From: an uncultured Candidatus Saccharibacteria bacterium
GTDB taxonomy: Bacteria; Patescibacteriota; Minisyncoccia; 2-02-FULL-40-12; GWA2-44-9
Length of the DNA stretch: 37,816 bases
Assembly (NCBI GenBank): GCA_964513645.1
Contig: CAZENF010000001.1
Span: 266,022-303,837, forward strand
Reading direction: 5' to 3'
Numbering within the stretch: the first letter of the stretch is position 1; the number at the start of each line of letters is the position of its first letter. The position numbers and the translations under genes are program-made. Shown here piece by piece: positions 19,901 to 28,076 of the stretch. Below the pieces are notes generated by a model. That model saw nothing but the letters and a program-made list of their open reading frames with translations, searched no databases and was not told the origin of the DNA.

Positions 19901-20341
19901 AACTTTGCTGAAGAAGTTCGGGTCGTCAGAAACGGCTTGTGAACCGCTGGTATTTACCCAGTGGAGCGTACCCGTATCCTCGCCGGTAACTTCGACACCA
20001 TAGACCTTCTGGTCGTTGGTTTCACAATTCCGGAATAAACCGGAAGTCATGAATGCATCTCTTGTTGCTGGGGTAACACCATGAACTGCAGCAAATCCGC
20101 CAAGATGGCCATAAAAGCCGAAGATAGCAGGGTTCAAGAATAATCTCTTGTATCCCGCATCATTGACTATATAGACGTCCGGATCAGATGAGCCGGCAGC
20201 ACTGATGGTCCAGCCCTCTTTCAAACCGTAGTCTGAAGGAGCGACAGCCGCAGCTACGCTTGCTATCGAAAGCACAGTCGTAACGGCTGTAAGAACGGCC
20301 GCAGTTTTCACCAAGGCTGTTCCTTTGAATAATTTACTCAT
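16925..20341 (-). CDS. Large secreted S-layer-like/major surface protein (1138 aa)
   Basis: Signal peptide; Ser/Thr/Gly/Asn-rich; about six tandem beta domains (NVYLYDG, NFRLFVDG, NGAIFLDG, NMYVKV, NVMLYDG, FKVLRDG). Confidence 0.8.
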   Translation of the reverse strand: MSKLFKGTALVKTAAVLTAVTTVLSIASVAAAVAPSDYGLKEGWTISAAGSSDPDVYIVNDAGYKRLFLNPAIFGFYGHLGGFAAVHGVTPATRDAFMTSGLFRNCETNDQKVYGVEVTGEDTGTLHWVNTSGSQAVSDDPNFFSKVFCINNNEFNWYAKGADYSSVKQVPNYSRSGSQTTQTGGSFTVSLASDNPASGTFVQGQAAADLAHFMFSGNGTVNNLVLNRLGVSADTDLKNVYLYDGNKRLTDAATVTNGQISFNDTSSMGLFQVMGSKVISVRADLSSNTGETVGVQLASVNGNAVSVSGNLSTAANATLATAALANPASPMVAANTSLNPGSDVVGWQDTLTVGTRFIWLKSFQVRVIGSVQSGDLKNFRLFVDGVQVGSAVSMPDVNGYVFFDLGGGIQLQTGSRTVKVLLDVVNGSSRDFTLSVRQAPDVSTVDSQYGQNILTTVTTGSFPDSAGKQSITSGTLVITKRTDSPSGDVVKGASGVVLARYDIKAYGEKMKVESMRFAVDSSSGSVGKIRNGAIFLDGVQIGSTSDLLEEDNTSPFYTQYSFGSSFIVDPATPRVLEIRGDVYDNDGVNDIASGQTLMASIENSSSNVQRLTSLGYIDCAYGTVAGCTAGPIDGNSLTIRTGSVTVSKYSGYANQTVITPTYNTKLGHYALTQSSSEDLNVNSLNVSWTNGSSFAASNITNMYVKVWNNSGSLIYTSPGKSTISGTASNSYSVNFVLPKNQQYQVEVWGDVASGLSNNNYGNTYLDIDGVTTGSSTTVHGNGVAGQTETVQSGSLTAANGAIPSATLANGGSTVTAYSFTLQPAYDNYTLDEVYIDLSSTVASSVGGVANVMLYDGSNNLLRTAVLNSSTSSASFTGLNFSLPQSGGTKTFTVKAQLANVGVGANDTDGLVKVQLDGMKYHNSSGTVTTTTGLSTATYTGNNIVVVAAYPVVTNVSLPATLLATGNQSLFKAKIASSGSNTVRVYKLNWTVTETASTTLGNNGDAASAIFKVLRDGVDISSLGTFATASADLNAGGVTGAVAFTFTNEESIDSTGHVYELVGNVVATGSTPKSIVTKLANTTSSNNSNSASVIAGTLSTSSASITWSDGSQVQHSTTTGDWMSDYLVQSINQSQSMSL

Positions 20342-20850
20342 TTGTTTTTTTATTTAATTTCTGCCCTGAAATTGTTTTATCAATTACGGTATCGAGCCGA
20401 TTGATAATATCGCCATTTCCAGAACATAAATTTTACCAATTAAGATTTTTATAAATCGCTGACAATCTTTTGTAACTTGAATCTTGTATAAGCTGCGCCG
20501 CATTGAGCGTTCCGGTCCTAATAAATGTTTCGACCATAATAGGTCCGAAATAGCAGCTCATCGACACCAAGACTCGTTCAACCTAAATTCAATTTGAATC
20601 TGATAACTTTTTCTTACTAACTCAAAAACATCATTTTTTGAATTTCTGTATTTTTAATTTTCAACGTCCGTTCCTTAGCTATCAGCTTCTGAAAATTTAG
20701 TGACTTTCAGAAGTTGAGAGCCAAGACAGCAATAATGCAAAAAGACCAAAATCTGGCTTTTAACTTTGTCTGTATGACTTGAAATTCATGTTTTTCAAGC
20801 TATATCTCGAACAATCTTTGAAAAGCTGAATATATAAGGAAAATATAGCT
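20342..20850 (-). promoter_or_regulatory. Putative ~510-nt structured 5' leader
   Basis: No ORF of 60 aa or more; several stems (e.g. 20359-20424, 20674-20725); consensus promoter just upstream. Confidence 0.55.
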
Positions 20851-20855
20851 TAGTA

Positions 20856-20884
20856 ATGGTATGCTTTTTTGTTAAAAAAGTCAA
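20856..20884 (-). promoter_or_regulatory. Sigma70-type promoter for the surface protein gene
   Basis: TTGACT-N17-TACCAT. Confidence 0.6.
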
Positions 20885-21197
20885 CCAAACAAGTATATAT
20901 CAAGCCGAACATGGGGCTTGGGTTTCCCAATTAATCACACTCTTCTTTAGTAATTATAGTCCATTTGGCGAAGTCAACAATAGTAAAATGTGGATATCTG
21001 GGGGATTTTTAAAGACCCCGCCGACTGGCTATTTAGATCAACCTGGCCGATTCATATATCGGGCATTAAATACCTCCCAACTATCCCAGGCATGAGCTCG
21101 TTCTATGGACCATGTCTTTAACGAGACATATATCGGCTTAACATATCAATTTTAAGGTAGTGGGAATGGTGAATGAATTGAATCGATATAAAGTTAG

Positions 21198-21374
21198 TGT
21201 CACCTATTAAACAAAGTATCATTACATCCTGGTGAGATTAAAAAGGTAACTTAATTATATATTATGCTTTAAATAGTTTAGTGACGTCACCAAAGGATAT
21301 TAGTGACATTATTATTTTAGTGACAATCAAATGGTGTCACTAATTAAAGAACGCTGTCACCAAAATGTCACCTA
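21198..21374. repeat. Array of eight 9-bp YGTCACYWA boxes in both orientations
   Basis: Plus strand at 21198, 21285, 21335, 21355, 21366; minus strand at 21278, 21300, 21317. Confidence 0.85.
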
Positions 21375-21382
21375 AAACAAAA

Positions 21383-21482
21383 ATCCCTCTGATTTGCTGC
21401 GATATAAAATTCTTAAATTGAAGTATTAAAAATGGAGGGATAATTTTAATATTTCCGAATTACCGCAGCAAGTCAGAAGGAT
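21383..21482. repeat. 100-bp imperfect inverted repeat
   Basis: ATCCCTCTGATTTGCTGCG / CGCAGCAAGTCAGAAGGAT (17/19) plus inner AATTC/GAATT and TATTAAAA/TTTTAATA. Confidence 0.8.
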
Positions 21483-21492
21483 CTTAAGAAAA

Positions 21493-22095
21493 CTATTCAG
21501 AAGCATAGTAATATACGGCTTTGTTGTCAACTCTCTTTTTGACAAAGCCCTCCCGGAGAAGATCGGTTAAATTTCTCTTGACTGTTCTTCCGGACATGGA
21601 GCTGAATTCATAGACAATATCTTTTGTTCTTGTGTTGGGAAAAGACTTTATATAATCCAGGATTTTTTTCTTACTTTCGTTAAGTTTTACTGCCAGTTGA
21701 GGTTTATTTGCCTGTACGAAAATTTCTTTATTCGACTGTTTATTTTTCTTAACTCCGTCTTGAATTCTGGCCGATTTAAGGATGTCCAACTTGAGACTTA
21801 AAAGTTCAGCTTCAAGTCTAAGCAGAGAGGTATTTTTGAAAATATTAAGATACTCGAGCTCTTTGAAAATATCGAGGATCGCATCGATTGAAGCTGAGCA
21901 TTTCTGAATTGCTACCTGATGTTGCGTAGATATTTCGTTTCCTTCAGAGCAAAAAAATAGGATAAAATCCGAGATGAAATAATTCAGCTTCTCGTTGAAT
22001 TTGGCGTAAAAAAACTTATTCTGAACTTTACCGTTCGATTCCGCAAGACAGATGACGATGCGGCTGAAAAATTTGAGTCTGTCATCTTTTATCAT
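21493..22095 (-). CDS. Helical N-domain plus C-terminal winged-helix DNA-binding protein
   Basis: LNESKKKILDYIK...TKDIVYEFSSMSGRTVKRNLTDLLREGFVKKRVDNKAVYY (DeoR/ArsR-like wHTH pattern). Confidence 0.8.
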   Translation of the reverse strand: MIKDDRLKFFSRIVICLAESNGKVQNKFFYAKFNEKLNYFISDFILFFCSEGNEISTQHQVAIQKCSASIDAILDIFKELEYLNIFKNTSLLRLEAELLSLKLDILKSARIQDGVKKNKQSNKEIFVQANKPQLAVKLNESKKKILDYIKSFPNTRTKDIVYEFSSMSGRTVKRNLTDLLREGFVKKRVDNKAVYYYASE

Positions 22096-22178
22096 CGGGG
22101 TTTAAAATATTTTATATTTCAGAGTAGCAGATAGGAAACCTTACCGCCAGAGAAAATTGTAGACAACTGTGCCTAAAT

Positions 22179-23165
22179 TTAATTCCAAATTGTCTTGGCC
22201 CGATCCCAAAGTTCAGGATGACCATGAAGTTTCATCCAATACCACCACTCTGCGCCCCAGAGATAGAAAGTATCGAAGCCGGTCTGTTGTGAGAAGTTCA
22301 ACATCTCATTAAATTTATCCAAGCCCATCCGCGAAAGCAGAACATCAATTGAGGTATCGACTATCGGCTGAAGAAGCCATGGCTCGCCTGAAAGTTCGAT
22401 AACTATCACGGATTTAGAACCGTAAAGAAGTTTCATTAAGTTGAGTTTGAAAGTAAAGAACGCTGGAATTATCGGATACCTTATAGGCCCGATACCATGG
22501 CGCCACCAGACATAAAGATACATGCTCGTGCCAAAAACATCTCCGCTCGGATAAGCTTTGTACCATGTTCCAAATTCTCCACTGTCAGTTATTAATATTT
22601 TTCTCGCGGGGTCGAGACTTCTGACCAGATTTATTTCTTTATTCAAAAAATCCTGATCCAGGGCGCCACAGGCCTGTTGGCTGAAAAATCCAAGATAAGG
22701 TTCATTCTCGACCTGCCAATAAGTAATGTTGCCGTAGTCTTTATATCTTAGGACGACGGTTCTTATATATTCGAGAATTTTCTCTTGTTTTTTGTTGGTC
22801 GGAAGGTTTTTGGCCCATTCTGGATCGTGACATTCTGGCCAGCCGGGGAGACGGCGTCCAAGGGCCATTATCACAGTGGCGCCAGCTTTTTTGGCCTCGT
22901 TCATCTGAAAATCAAGTTCGGTAAAATTGAACTTCCCATCCCGGGGTTCGGTCAGCGGCCAATGCGCCGAGAAGCGGAAATTCCTGACCTTGAGGTCATT
23001 TAAAATAGCCAGATATGTTTCTTTCCAATCGAGTTTAAGTTCATCCGAATGAAAGCGACTGAATGATACCCCATATGTGAATTTATCCGGTTTCGGACGG
23101 TTAAAGGAAAGGAACAGAAATATTACAACAAGAATAACTATTCCTATCAGAAATATTTTTTTCAT
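22179..23165 (-). CDS. Membrane-anchored clan GH-A glycoside hydrolase (GH42/GH5-like)
   Basis: N-terminal TM; WQVENEP acid/base, IELSGEPW, YLWGAEWWY. Confidence 0.75.
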   Translation of the reverse strand: MKKIFLIGIVILVVIFLFLSFNRPKPDKFTYGVSFSRFHSDELKLDWKETYLAILNDLKVRNFRFSAHWPLTEPRDGKFNFTELDFQMNEAKKAGATVIMALGRRLPGWPECHDPEWAKNLPTNKKQEKILEYIRTVVLRYKDYGNITYWQVENEPYLGFFSQQACGALDQDFLNKEINLVRSLDPARKILITDSGEFGTWYKAYPSGDVFGTSMYLYVWWRHGIGPIRYPIIPAFFTFKLNLMKLLYGSKSVIVIELSGEPWLLQPIVDTSIDVLLSRMGLDKFNEMLNFSQQTGFDTFYLWGAEWWYWMKLHGHPELWDRAKTIWN

Positions 23166-24034
23166 TATTTAAAAAGGAATATCAGACCAACGATAACACA
23201 GATTATGCCCAACACTTTGTAGGTCAGAATTTCCCTAGTTACCGTTTCACCGATACCAGATATATGCTTCTTTAAGGTCAGGGCCATCAGAAAAACGAAC
23301 ATGAACTGAAATCCCAATAAAGCGTTAACAATCGAAACATTGCCTAAGTCTATTGAGATATAGAGAATAATGAAACCGATTGCAGTCATTATTTTGTTAA
23401 CAACAAAAAGTATTTTTGAACCTCTCCGCGACCCGTGGAAAGATGATTTTACATCCAGTCTCATCCTGGGAAAGAGGAGAGATATTACTGCCGTCCCAGC
23501 AAATCCGACTCTTGTCCAAAAAAGACCATTAATAAAATCGGCCGAACTGAAGGACAGTTTAAGAAGGACGTAATATAGGCCTAAGAGAACACCGGATGCC
23601 ACCGCCGGCAATAAAATATGTTTAGCCGCCTTGCCAAGCAAAAAAATTCCGATAACAAGGAACAAAAAAGCCACAAAATTAAACAGGGGCAGGTTGGTTT
23701 TGAGGATCAATACCGAAAAAATATACGTGAATAAAGCAGCAATGGTTCCAGTCTGGGTAGAAGCAACTGAAACGTCGCTTTTAAGAACGGCCTCGTAAAG
23801 AAGTAGGATACCTAAAAATACACTTACCCCAGAAAGAAAAGCTATAAAAAAATAATGAAAACCCTGCCAGGAAACACCGAAAGGAATAAGAAACAGGGCA
23901 CTGGAACTTAAAATCGCCACGCCAAAGGCATAAGCATTTCGGTTTTGGATCTTAACAGAAAGAAGATGCTTGTCTATGATAAAAGAAAATGCACTGATGA
24001 GATAGGCAAAGAGTGCTAAATATATCCAAAGCAT
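23165..24034 (-). CDS. EamA/DMT-family transporter
   Basis: About 10 TMs in two repeats; IIDKHLL, GNVSIVNAL. Confidence 0.8.
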   Translation of the reverse strand: MLWIYLALFAYLISAFSFIIDKHLLSVKIQNRNAYAFGVAILSSSALFLIPFGVSWQGFHYFFIAFLSGVSVFLGILLLYEAVLKSDVSVASTQTGTIAALFTYIFSVLILKTNLPLFNFVAFLFLVIGIFLLGKAAKHILLPAVASGVLLGLYYVLLKLSFSSADFINGLFWTRVGFAGTAVISLLFPRMRLDVKSSFHGSRRGSKILFVVNKIMTAIGFIILYISIDLGNVSIVNALLGFQFMFVFLMALTLKKHISGIGETVTREILTYKVLGIICVIVGLIFLFK

Positions 24035-24039
24035 ATAAT

Positions 24040-25323
24040 TTAATCTTCGGTCAAAGAGTTGTCTTTACAAATTTTAGCATATTCGTAGGCCGATGGGCGA
24101 ATGGTCCGCTTTAAAGTTGCCCGGTCAACTTCAACAAGGCCAAATTTAGGACCATATCCTTTAGCCCACTCGAAATTATCGAGAAGAGACCAATATAGAT
24201 ATCCGCGGACATCGACACCGTCTTTGACAGCATTAAATATCCATTTTAAATGTTCGCGGATATATTTTGTCCTTAATTCATCCGGTCCGGCCGTGCCATT
24301 CTCGGTTATATAAACCGGTTTTTTAAATTTTTTAAGTTTGTGGAGGACGTGATATATCCCTTGAGGATATATTTCCCAGCCCATATCATCCATCCACCAA
24401 TCCTGTTTAGGAACGGTTTTATAGCTTCCAGGTACCTTCCGATCCAAATGATAATAATTCAGACCCATAAAATCATAATAGGGGAAAGCTTCGGTCCAAA
24501 AATGTAAATTACGGTAATGGTCATATATCCCACCCCATAGTTTCTGCCAAAAGATATTTCCAGAAGGATTATAAGAAGCATTCTCAACCAAGCCCACTTC
24601 TACATTATGCGACATTATCCTTGGATCTGGGGAGGTACCCAGAGCTCCGGTATTTTTATTATTTAAATTAACAGGGGAGTCAGTGCCGATGTTTTTTATG
24701 GTTTTATATGCCGACACATGGGACCGGATGATGTTCCGGTTGGCTCTCCTCCATTCAATGAGACTCCTGTGTTGAGGTGGCCATTGTCCCTTAAGGTAAG
24801 ATGCACTTGAGTAGACAGTTGTTGCTTCATTAAAAGTTATCCACAGTTTTACCTCCGGCAAGTTATCCACAACATACTTTGCATATCGTGTAAAGTAATC
24901 CGGGCTATTAAGGTTTATAAAGCTTCCTTTTTTGGCGAACCAGACAGGGTTTGTGAAATGCCAGAGAGTTATCATTGGTTCAATTCCCCTGTCGCATAAT
25001 TCCTTGACAATTCTTTTATAATGTTGTATTGCTTGAGAATCGAACTTCCCCTCCTCAGGCTCGATCCGTGACCATTCAATGGAGAACCGGTGAACGTTCT
25101 GGTTGAGGAATTTCGCGATATCGAAATCTTCTCGGTAACGGTTATAACTGTCACAGGCCCGGCCAGAAATAAAATCAGCCGGGTCTTTGCCTTCATGCCT
25201 AAGCCCTTCGAGACGTATAGCCGATGACTCCCACTCGCTCCAATCATTCTGGTTATCCCCTTCTATCTGGTGAGCAGAGGTCGCACTGCCCCATTTAAAG
25301 TTTTCGGGAAATTTAAACTCCAT
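24040..25323 (-). CDS. Glycoside hydrolase family 1 (beta-glucosidase)
   Basis: WGSATSAHQIEG, RFSIEWSRI, TFNE, ITENG, WSLLDNFEW. Confidence 0.95.
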   Translation of the reverse strand: MEFKFPENFKWGSATSAHQIEGDNQNDWSEWESSAIRLEGLRHEGKDPADFISGRACDSYNRYREDFDIAKFLNQNVHRFSIEWSRIEPEEGKFDSQAIQHYKRIVKELCDRGIEPMITLWHFTNPVWFAKKGSFINLNSPDYFTRYAKYVVDNLPEVKLWITFNEATTVYSSASYLKGQWPPQHRSLIEWRRANRNIIRSHVSAYKTIKNIGTDSPVNLNNKNTGALGTSPDPRIMSHNVEVGLVENASYNPSGNIFWQKLWGGIYDHYRNLHFWTEAFPYYDFMGLNYYHLDRKVPGSYKTVPKQDWWMDDMGWEIYPQGIYHVLHKLKKFKKPVYITENGTAGPDELRTKYIREHLKWIFNAVKDGVDVRGYLYWSLLDNFEWAKGYGPKFGLVEVDRATLKRTIRPSAYEYAKICKDNSLTED

Positions 25324-25350
25324 TTCTTTATTGTAATATTTTTAAAGAAA

Positions 25351-25380
25351 TAAAAAAATGAGCGGTTGCTCATTTTTTTA
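25351..25380 (-). terminator. Terminator after FKBP
   Basis: TAAAAAAATGAGC-GGTT-GCTCATTTTTTTA. Confidence 0.75.
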
Positions 25381-25397
25381 TTTCTAATTTTAGCAAA

Positions 25398-25937
25398 TTA
25401 TTGCCCGATAGGAGCATCCGCCACATCCACAAGTTCTATATCGAACATCAGGGTCGAATTGGCGGGAATAACGCCATTACCGACTTCTTTGTTGCCATAC
25501 CCGAGCGCCGGAGGAATTATAAGTTTTCTTTTACCTCCGACTTTCATTCCCACCAGACCCAAATCCCAGCCCTTAATAACCATGCCGCCGCCGAGAATGA
25601 ATGAAAACGGCTGGCCTCGGTCATAAGAACTGTCGAATTTCTTACCGTCTGCGAGAGTACCGGTATAATTGGCGGATACGACGTTGCCGTCTTTGGCTTC
25701 GCGTCCCGTACCCACTGTCACATCTTGATATTCAAGACCTCCCGGAAGCTTTACCCAGTTTCCGGACTGTTCGTTTTCCATTTTTGGAGAAGCTGAAGGA
25801 GTCGGCGTCGGACTTTCGTTAGAAACAATGCTCGAAAGATCGTTATCCGATGTTCCGTTCATTTTTTGAACAAAAAACCAGCCGGCTATGGCCACCAGCA
25901 TTATTACCACAACATATATGAATGTTTTTTTGACCAT
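25398..25937 (-). CDS. Membrane-anchored FKBP-type peptidyl-prolyl isomerase
   Basis: YTGTLADGKKFDSS, VIKGWDLG, IPPALGYG, IPANSTLMFDIEL. Confidence 0.95.
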   Translation of the reverse strand: MVKKTFIYVVVIMLVAIAGWFFVQKMNGTSDNDLSSIVSNESPTPTPSASPKMENEQSGNWVKLPGGLEYQDVTVGTGREAKDGNVVSANYTGTLADGKKFDSSYDRGQPFSFILGGGMVIKGWDLGLVGMKVGGKRKLIIPPALGYGNKEVGNGVIPANSTLMFDIELVDVADAPIGQ

Positions 25938-25939
25938 AC

Positions 25940-26932
25940 TTATTGTTTGTTAATTTTTTTAAAAGGCGGATACATTTCCGGATCGATGGGTCTCTCAAAA
26001 CATGTCCTGCCTTGGGAATGCCACCAGACATTGAGTTCCTGCTGATAAGCCGCGGCCTTATCATTCATACCGGCTACCGGCGCAGGCTGAGCTCTGGGAG
26101 CGGTCTGATTGTATGCGTTTTCATCCGAAACCGTGCTGAACACACCGCAAAGCTGAAACTTTAAGCCGCCTAACTGTTTATACTCATATTCTGAACCGGT
26201 TTCGGGGTCTCGGGGCAGAACAAAACCGCTGATGGGATCAACCAGGTCATCAAGCTTTGAGGGCAAGGATTCTTTTTTCTGCCAGTAGTTAATTATCTGG
26301 CTCTGAATCAATTGGAGGTCCGAAATCCTCTGTTCATCGAGACGGATTAGCCGCTGATTTTGCGGGCTGCCGGCGATAAAGAAACCTGCGACAACACTTA
26401 TCGCTATCACGCCGATTATCAGCCAGTCAAAAAATTTGATCCACTTGAATTCCTTGCCCTTGTCCTTAAGTTCCGACAAGTAGTGGGTAAAAATAGAACC
26501 GGCGATGAAAAGAATGGCAAAAACTTTAAGCACAAACCTCTGGGACAATTCCCCTGCCAGAAAACTTCTCAAAAGAGTAACCAAATCGCCGATCATTATT
26601 AACGCTGCGGCGAACAAAGTAAGGTAAATCAGCCATTTCCTTATTTTGAGTTCCCGCTTCTCGGGATATCTTTCGATGTCTTTTCTTAAAAACTTTGAAA
26701 CCCATAAAAAAACTGGAAAAACTATTATCACGGTTGCCAGATAGCTCCGGATAGTGTCAAAATATCCCGACCTGGCGTACATATCGGAAACAATATCTGG
26801 AATATATATGTTAATGTATTGAAAGATAAGAACGCCGAAACTTACCGCAGATGCGATAAGGGTGATTATCCCGAGAAGGTACATAAACACGTCCCGCGGA
26901 AGGTTCTTTGATTTGTCCGTAGAGTTAGCCAT
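25940..26932 (-). CDS. DUF5671-type membrane protein
   Basis: PRDVFMYL, IRKWLIYLTLF, GSPQNQR..RLDEQRISDL, DPETG..YEY, FQLC. Confidence 0.75.
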   Translation of the reverse strand: MANSTDKSKNLPRDVFMYLLGIITLIASAVSFGVLIFQYINIYIPDIVSDMYARSGYFDTIRSYLATVIIVFPVFLWVSKFLRKDIERYPEKRELKIRKWLIYLTLFAAALIMIGDLVTLLRSFLAGELSQRFVLKVFAILFIAGSIFTHYLSELKDKGKEFKWIKFFDWLIIGVIAISVVAGFFIAGSPQNQRLIRLDEQRISDLQLIQSQIINYWQKKESLPSKLDDLVDPISGFVLPRDPETGSEYEYKQLGGLKFQLCGVFSTVSDENAYNQTAPRAQPAPVAGMNDKAAAYQQELNVWWHSQGRTCFERPIDPEMYPPFKKINKQ

Positions 26933-26935
26933 CTT

Positions 26936-27715
26936 TTATTTCTTCAACTCTTCGTCGAGGATAGCTTTGAAAGTGGCGTAAGGCTGGGCTCCGACGACCA
27001 TCCGGCCATTTATGAAAAAGGTTGGAGTACCTGAAACACCGGCAGCAGAACCATCGCTGACATCTTTCTGTACTTCATCCTTGTATTTTCCGGAGTCGAA
27101 ACACTGATTGAACTGCTGGGCGTTCAAACCGATAGCGGCCGCCCATCTTTTGATGTCGTTGTTGGTATAAGTAACCGTTCCTTGACCGAGTTTTTCTTCC
27201 TCACCGAATAATTTATCGTGAAATTCCCAGAACTTACCCTGTTCATGAGCACACTCACCGGCCTCCGCCGACGCTTCCGCCATGGGGTGAAGCTGGGACA
27301 AAGGATAATCGCGGTAAACGAAAAGTATCTTTCCCGTGTCTATATAATCTCTCTTAAGATCCTTGAATGTCTGGGTCCAGAAAAGCCGACAGAAAGGACA
27401 CTGGAAATCGCTGAAATCTATCATTACAACTTTGGCGCTTTTGTTTCCTATCGCAGGGTCGTTATCAGCAGAAACATTGGCCTTGACCGAACCCGGAGCC
27501 TGTCCTTGAGGATCCTGTTGGATCTGAGCCGTCTGGCCTTTAACGGAAAGATGGTTGGTGTACAAAACCGAGCCGGATATCATAAGTCCAGATGCAAGTA
27601 TCGATAGGGCTAAAAAATTCTTGCTGAAAAATTTAAGCCAAGCTTTCTTGGTTTGAGTCTCGGATGAAACCGATGTTTCAGTGGCAATTATGTTTTCGTT
27701 GTTTTGTTCTTCCAT
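26936..27715 (-). CDS. DsbA-family thiol-disulfide oxidoreductase
   Basis: FSDFQCPFC, YRDYPL, GVSGTPTFFING, GAQP. Confidence 0.93.
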   Translation of the reverse strand: MEEQNNENIIATETSVSSETQTKKAWLKFFSKNFLALSILASGLMISGSVLYTNHLSVKGQTAQIQQDPQGQAPGSVKANVSADNDPAIGNKSAKVVMIDFSDFQCPFCRLFWTQTFKDLKRDYIDTGKILFVYRDYPLSQLHPMAEASAEAGECAHEQGKFWEFHDKLFGEEEKLGQGTVTYTNNDIKRWAAAIGLNAQQFNQCFDSGKYKDEVQKDVSDGSAAGVSGTPTFFINGRMVVGAQPYATFKAILDEELKK

Positions 27716-27725
27716 GTTTTTATAA

Positions 27726-28034
27726 TTATTTTCTTGTTATTAATGCGTCATTCAAAACCTTCTCAATAGCTTCGATCTCCGGTTCTGAAAAGTGTTGGCT
27801 GAATACATGTTTGGGGTCGCCCGCTTCAAGCTCTTGATCTATCTCTTTAACCTCCTGCGGACTTACTCCTACTGGGTCTCCATATTGTTCGGCGTCTTCA
27901 ACATAAGGTTTTACCATTTCTTCAAACAAAGCGGTTTTTTTAGGATTAAAACCGTGCTCGTTAACGAGGCGGTTTTTTGCTATTTCAACCTCATTTTTTG
28001 TTATGACAGGCTTGGTATTAAAAATTGATCCCAT
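27726..28034 (-). CDS. Hypothetical protein
   Basis: 102-aa ORF co-oriented and tightly packed with its neighbours. Confidence 0.65.
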   Translation of the reverse strand: MGSIFNTKPVITKNEVEIAKNRLVNEHGFNPKKTALFEEMVKPYVEDAEQYGDPVGVSPQEVKEIDQELEAGDPKHVFSQHFSEPEIEAIEKVLNDALITRK

Positions 28035-28076
28035 AATCGTCTATTTAAACGTCCATTAATTCTAACATGAGCAAAG

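Noticed and set aside
20856-21095. 79-aa plus-strand ORF in the long intergenic region
   Set aside because: No motifs or initiation signals, and it overlaps predicted minus-strand promoters.
21245-21272. dif-like site GGTAACTTAAT-TATATA-TTATGCTTTAA
   Set aside because: Only about 4/11 and 7/11 matches to the E. coli arms, in AT-rich DNA.
21198-21374. CRISPR interpretation of the repeat array
   Set aside because: Repeats are 9 bp, of mixed orientation and irregularly spaced; no cas genes in the window.
24837-24845. Perfect DnaA box TTATCCACA
   Set aside because: Isolated and inside the GH1 coding sequence (LWIT); no cluster and no dnaA nearby.
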